The position numbers and the translations under genes are program-made. Positions 58,070 through 64,000 of a stretch of 64,000 bases of DNA are shown here, piece after piece. The DNA comes from Octopus vulgaris. Lineage: Eukaryota. Each line of letters opens with the position of its first letter. The first letter of the stretch is position 1. Under the pieces are notes generated by a model. That model had not been told where the DNA came from. It saw only the letters and a list, made by a program, of their open reading frames with translations, and ran no database searches. Location of the stretch: assembly GCA_951406725.2 (NCBI GenBank), contig OX597821.1, forward strand, positions 104,842,001 through 104,906,000. Reading direction: 5' to 3'.

Positions 58070-58472
58070 TATGGAAGAAATGTTAGCACGTCTTTACGTT
58101 TTCACTTCATATTTCGCCGAGGTCGACTTTGACGTACAGATTATTTAATTAATTTTTAACTAAGCACTTTCAAAATTCCGATACTGGTAGCATGTGTCAC
58201 ATACAACAGAGTTTACTCTTAACGTTTTTGACAAAACGTAGTATTTTAGAAGCAGTAATTCGTCTGTCTATACGTTCAGAGTTCAAATTCCACCGATGTC
58301 GACTTTGCCTTTCATCCATTTCGGATCTATTCAGTTAGACGTACAGATTATTTAATTATTTTTTATTAACTAAACACTTTCAAACTTCTGCTGCTGGTAG
58401 AATGTGTCACATACATCAGGGTTTACTCTTAACATTTTTGACAAAATTTTGTATTTTAGAAGTTATTTCGTC
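58070..58472 (+). repeat. two tandem copies of a chimeric unit of about 200 bp (SINE A fragment plus MITE TIR fragment)
   Basis: gacgtacagattatttaatt...taactaa.cactttcaaa...ctggtag.atgtgtcacatac...gtattttagaag occurs twice, each time preceded by SINE A B-box sequence. Confidence 0.7.
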
Positions 58473-59884
58473 AGATGTCAGTGAAAGACAATGGACAAAT
58501 TCGTGTTTGATAACTGCCACTACAGGAATCACTTTTGACTTACTCTCTAACTTCTGCCGATGATATATATACATATTACATATTTGTGTAAAAATTATTT
58601 TATCACGCAATCGAACCAATGAAAGAGCCTCTACCTTGTCCTCGACATGTTGGAAATAGCAGCCAAAGTGTCCTCCTATCTAAACCACACGCCCATTGTA
58701 TATAATGTCCTACACTATCCATAAAAAAGACGGTTTGCTGAAGGATGTTTTTGATGATAGGTTTGCAGTATCAGGGTTGATTTGAGGCTAAATAACAACA
58801 TTATGTTAAATTTCTTTATTAACACACGCACGATTTTCACTAAGAAAACAAATTGATTTTTTTTTTCGTCGAATCAAGTACCCTGACCTCATAATATGCT
58901 ACAAATCCCTTATTTTGGTTCGGAAAAAGATGAGGTGGGATTTCCCTCCCAATCCTAGCTTCATTGGAAATTTTCTTTTCGTTGAAAGAATTTTTGTGAC
59001 CTTCTAAAATTGCAAAATTAGTTTATTTAATGTAAGCCTGGTAAATGATGGTTTTGAGGTCTTGTTGTTCTCAACTTTTGGTGAAACATGGTGCAAGCAA
59101 CAACGTGGTAAAAATCCCTGCCATTAATTTGGTGTGGATGGGTAATATCAAATACTTCAATCACAACATATATCAAAATTAAACAGGAAAAAGAATTGAA
59201 ATATTATCATTAATTACATGGAAAAATTTAAATATTATCTTTCAGTATTTTATAAAGTAAAATCTTAAATTAATATTTGAAACATTATTAATCATTTTAT
59301 TACAGCAATGGCTGGAAAAATCATAGATTACGTGTAATTATGCGAGCATGAAAAGTAATATTCTTAAGATTATAAACCTGGAAAGTGCAGGACAATTTAT
59401 TACACCTGTAAAGGTATCGAACAAGCTATTACCTCTTGTTAAGTAAAGAATAAGGAACATTTTACTTAAAATATTGCAGCTAAAGTTAAATTTGAAAATT
59501 AAAACTTATTTTATTATAATTTACAAATAACACTATACTTATTTAAGTAGAATTTAGCTAATTTACTACCTTAAATACAGAAAATAGTGACTAATTATAC
59601 AAACTTACAAATTAGCCGAAGAGTTTTGCGCAATAAATTTAAAAGATGCGAACTGTAAAGAGTGATAAAATAGAACTGTCATTCTTTTCTGCAATATTTT
59701 AAGTAAAATGTTTCTTATTCTTTGTTTTACTAGAAGCAATAGCTTGTACTATACATTTAAAGGTGTAATAACTCGTCTTGTACTTTTCCAGGTTTATAAT
59801 CTTAAGAATATGACTTTCCATGCTCACATTTTCCCACGTAATATATATCTGTGTGAGTGTGTGTGTATATATATATATGACACA

Positions 59885-60790
59885 TATGTCTCCTTTCTTG
59901 ACATTTCGTTCAGCATTCATCACTCCACTCTTACCACCTCCATCCACTACAAACACACAGACTCACACTCATACCCTCAACTTCTCATCCTCCCACCCCA
60001 AAACACTCCAAGCTTTCCATCCCCTATTCCCAATTCCTCCGTCTACGCAGGCTCTGTAGTGACGACCATGACTTTGAGACTCAGTCTCAACACATGGCTC
60101 ACAACTTCATCCTACGTGAATATCCCCTCACCACCGTCCACACCGCCCTTGCCAGAGGACTTCCGTGAACCGTGCATCAGTTCTCTCCCCCGAACACACT
60201 CTGCAGTCTCCTGCCTCCCTTTTCCCCTTACCTACCACCCTACCGCTCCAACGTACTATTCTCCGAGCTTTCCGGCATCTACTTCACACATCTTCCGTAA
60301 CCGGCCCCTCCCCTCCTTCAAACGAGCCCACAACCTACGAGACCTCTTGGTCCACAGCTTCTTCCCCAACCCTACCTCCCAACCTGACTTGTTTCCCTGC
60401 TTCCGCCCACGCTGCCGCACTTGCCATAAACTCTCCGACACCACACTCCTCACCGGCACCCATCATCGACCCTATCGCATCACCAACTCCTTCACCTGCA
60501 CCTCTAGCAATATCATCCATTGCATCTCCTGTTCTCTCTGCCATTCTCTGTACATCGGACAAACGGGACGTCGCTTGGCTGACCAGTTCGCATAACACCT
60601 CCGAGACATCCGCCTCGGCAATGACACCCCGGTCTCACGCTATTACTGCTCTAGCGGTCACTTTTTGCAACACCTGTCCTTGCACAGAAGCCATCCTGAC
60701 TCCCGTTTGCGCCGTGAACAGGGATTAATTTTCTCTCTTCGATCCTTTATGCCATTTGGGTTCAACTCCCCTCCCCTCTTCATCTAACCT
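59885..60790 (+). mobile_element. Penelope-like element, 3' part (RT C-terminus, linker, GIY-YIG), frameshifted
   Basis: VSFLDISF...LTTSIHYKHTDSHSY, alternate frame SIPYSQFLRLRRLCSDD, then FKRAHNLRDLLVHS, PCFRPRCRTC and FTCTSSNIIHCISCSLC..LYIGQTGRRLAD. Confidence 0.9.
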
Positions 60791-61251
60791 CCTCCCCTCT
60801 TCATCTAACCTCCTCCCCTTGCTTCTCTCCCTTTCCCTCCTACTTCCCCTCTTTTTGCATTTTCACTGATGACTGTAATTTGAATTCGGCGGAAAACGAA
60901 TCAGTTACAGCGCAGATTTCGATACGAGCAGTTGGGGTATCTCATCGTGGTGAACGTGCTGAAGGTTAAGGTAATTTATTTGAATTAATTTTTTAAAAAT
61001 GATTTATTTCTTTTCTTTATATAGAAATTTCTCCACGTGAATCCTTATACTTAAACGTGCGTTAAGAGATGTTATTAACCTAATGTGTTTTCGTTTGATT
61101 TCTGTATTTATAATCAGGGTATTTTTCGCGATTTAAATAAGTTCCTTGATATTTCCAACAGGCAGACACACACACACACACACACATCTGGTGCATATTA
61201 TTTTAAAACTGAATACAGTTTGATGAATTATTATTCTTTATCTCTCTTTAG

Positions 61252-61330
<79 letters not shown>

Positions 61331-62389
61331 GTGTTCGCATTTCGATATTATATATACCGATTTTTGAAAATCTGGATACATATGTTTTAAAATAAAACGT
61401 TGGACGAGTACAGATAATGATATTAATGAATGAATTTTAGGAGGATGCGAATTTCTTGATAGACTCCATTGTTTTGCAATTGTTCAATTTTCGCCGCAAT
61501 ATGCATTGCATTCTTGCTTGTGTTCTTATGATACGCCTCATAGCTTCTAGGAATCCATTAGAATGAAGCATATATTTATTTCGGAAAGCACTTGACTCCA
61601 TGTTAAAGGCTCCAAGGAAGGTAAAAAAGAAAACAACTTGTGAGACGATCGCCAAGGACCACCTCAAATCACTAGGTTTCTTCGTCCAGGGAAGAAACCA
61701 GATGGAAAATAACAAACGTCAAGCGGCAGATATCAAAGCACCGAGGACGCGAAGAGCGCTTCGCACTTTCCCGTCCCCGCGATAAATGATTCCGGCACTT
61801 ATGTACTGCCTTTTGCCTGAGCAACCCCCTACAGCACCGGCATATTTCGGACCCATCAGAATGAAGTAGCATAATACACATGCTGCAGATGAACTCCTCG
61901 AACAAGTGCTAATGCCGATGCCTCTCTCACTCTCTAATTATACTTCTTCCAAAGAAATGTGACGTACAAAGCAGAGCGTCAGTGTATGGTTTTTGGTCGT
62001 GAATAGAAATCAACTCAGAATATTGGAAAGATAGATTCATCTAATTTCACATTTAATCTGTGACAGAATAGAATATTAAATGTGACGGTAATATGTGGTT
62101 ATCCAGTTAGATTTATTTTCCCAGCTCACATTTTCCAAGGAACGTGATTCCCTTGGAATCAACATGATAGTATAGAAACCAATATTTCAAATAGTAAGAG
62201 ACAAATATACTTCAGGGCAGCTATATACTTAATTCTTCTATTCTGTTTCATCTTTCATTTTTAACCTTCCTGAAAGTCATCGCTAAAGTACTTTTCAGAA
62301 TATACACGGCTTTGATTTGTTTTATTGTTCCATTCTCGCTGCAGTATGAGATAGTTTATCAGCTTGAGCGAACCAGTATATATCACTTA

Positions 62390-62600
62390 TACTGGGTTGG
62401 CCCAAAAGGTTTTGTCTCTTTCTTCCATTGTGCATGCGTTCGTGTTCGATACCTGACACTGTTCGCTTTTTTTCTTTTCGCATGTGTGCATCTTAGATAC
62501 CGATGTATTAACGTAGTGAAACGTGAACTATTGATAAGACACGTTTTATTTTGTGAGCTTAAGATCACCCTGAAAATGGAGAACTAAAACGAACATCATC
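62390..62600 (+). mobile_element. mariner-like 5' end fragment
   Basis: TIR-like tactgggttggcccaaaagg, followed about 190 bp later by ATGGAGAAC, similar in layout to the 39822 element. Confidence 0.4.
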
Positions 62601-63164
62601 ACTCTGATTTCTCATTTAATTTTATTTCTTCATAGAAATATCCTTATTTCTAATTCTCTCTAAAGAAGACTACGGCAACGTCACTGGATATTAATAGTTA
62701 TCGCCAACCTAACATGGCAGTCAAGAAAAATAGGACGAATGCTGCCGTTATTTCTTCAGCGCTGAAGAAAATGTGAATACTCAACCGAGAGTGTTCTTCG
62801 CCACTGAAGGTAGGTAATTATTTAATCACAGAATAATGGTTCTTCTCATAAGCTTCCAGAAGTTACAATAACCAAACGGCAACATTTTTATCAACACAGT
62901 ACTACAGAAAAATTGTTTCCTCACGTTTATAATTACTATGTATATTTTAAATACATATATCCTCGTTGTTTCGTATCCAAGCCGTTAATTCCTATTGAAT
63001 TAAAAGGTCAAATCCCCTACATATTGTAGACTCGTGTACTAAATACGTATTTGAACAGGCATAATTCTTTAAAAATATCAAGTGGAAAACGTATGAGATG
63101 TGAGTATAATAGTAGATAAAGCAATGCAATAGTTAAGAAAATAATAATAGTCATCGTTAGTATT

Positions 63165-63520
63165 AAGGCAGCGAGCTGGCAGAATCGTTACCAGGCTGGG
63201 TGAAATGCTTGAAGTTATTTCGTCTGCCGTTACGTTCTGAGTTCAAATTCCGCCGAGGTCGACTTTGCCTTTCATCCTTTTGGGGTCGATTAAATAAGTA
63301 TCAGTTACTCACTGGGGTCGATATAATCGACTTAATCCGTTTGTCCGTCCTTGTTTGTCCTCGCTGTGGGTAGTTAAAGAAATAGAAATAGGTATTTCTT
63401 CTGTCTATATGTTCTCAGTTCAAATACAGCCGAGGTGTACTTTACCTACCGTACAACTGGTGATAGAATATGTACCAGTTGAAGGCTTCGGTCACTGCAA
63501 TCGGACTCCACCGAAATTGT
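63165..63520 (+). mobile_element. SINE family A dimer (full unit plus a degenerate 5'-truncated second unit)
   Basis: Full copy to aaagaaatag, then gtatttcttctgtc...agttcaaatacagccgagg. Confidence 0.8.
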
Positions 63521-63569
63521 GCTAATAATTTAAAATCATTATCGTTGTAGTTAATATTATTTTCACACA

Positions 63570-63805
63570 GATTTTGTTGCCTCGCTCCAGTCCCCACTTT
63601 TTACACAGTTTTCCAATGCAGCACTTTTGCAACCTCATTGTGTCTGTACAACTTATATTGGCAATGATCTTGTTAACACTATTGCAAATTCGGCATAATG
63701 GAGACACTTGTTCATTCCTAAGGTGGATCTTCCAATTTGTGACCAAAGACTGGTTTTGAACTCCCAGTATAGTGCTCTAAATCTCTTTCTTTCAGTGTTC
63801 CTTAT
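63570..63805 (-). mobile_element. R4/Dong-like non-LTR retrotransposon fragment (zinc-knuckle region)
   Basis: SPLCRICNS...I.C, then in a shifted frame HDEVAKVLHWKLCKKWGLE, typical of the CCHC region preceding the REL domain. Confidence 0.7.
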
Positions 63806-63811
63806 TATTAC

Positions 63812-64000
63812 CAATTTCTTTATTACCCACAAGGGGCTAAACACAGAGGGGACAAACAAGGACAGACATAGGTATTAAGTCGATTACATCGACCCCAGTG
63901 CGTAAATGGTACTTAATTTATCGACCCCGAAAGGATGAAAGGCAAAGTCAACCTCGGCGGAATTCGAACTCAGAACGTAGTGGCAGACGAAATACCGCTA
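63812..64000 (-). mobile_element. SINE family A, runs off the window end
   Basis: acccacaaggggctaaacacagaggggacaaac...gaccccgaaaggatgaaaggcaaagtc. Confidence 0.85.

Noticed and set aside
59708-60595. 295-aa ORF as an intact gene
   Set aside because: It is a chimera of flanking DNA, microsatellite and a frameshifted Penelope-like element.

Overview
AT-rich, microsatellite-saturated animal DNA. The SINE families and (TA)n density point to a coleoid cephalopod such as Octopus (inferred, not verified). I can support no intact host protein-coding gene, so the window looks intergenic or intronic. It is a mosaic of tRNA-derived SINEs (at least four families), decayed CR1-clade, R4/Dong-like and Penelope-like (PLE) retroelements, mariner and Helitron remnants, and MITEs. 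The outstanding feature is a very homogeneous tandem array at 7301-10547 (about 6.9 units of 469-473 bp) sitting inside a (TA)n tract. Every unit carries, on the minus strand, a complete type I hammerhead ribozyme motif: CUGAUGA...GAAA, a palindromic stem III, a GUC cleavage triplet and an unusually long stem II. This is the architecture of a non-LTR retrozyme, predicted to yield self-cleaved and possibly circular RNAs of about 470 nt. Several other minimal or degenerate hammerhead-like motifs occur elsewhere, including a candidate type III motif immediately beside the array. All structures were derived by eye.
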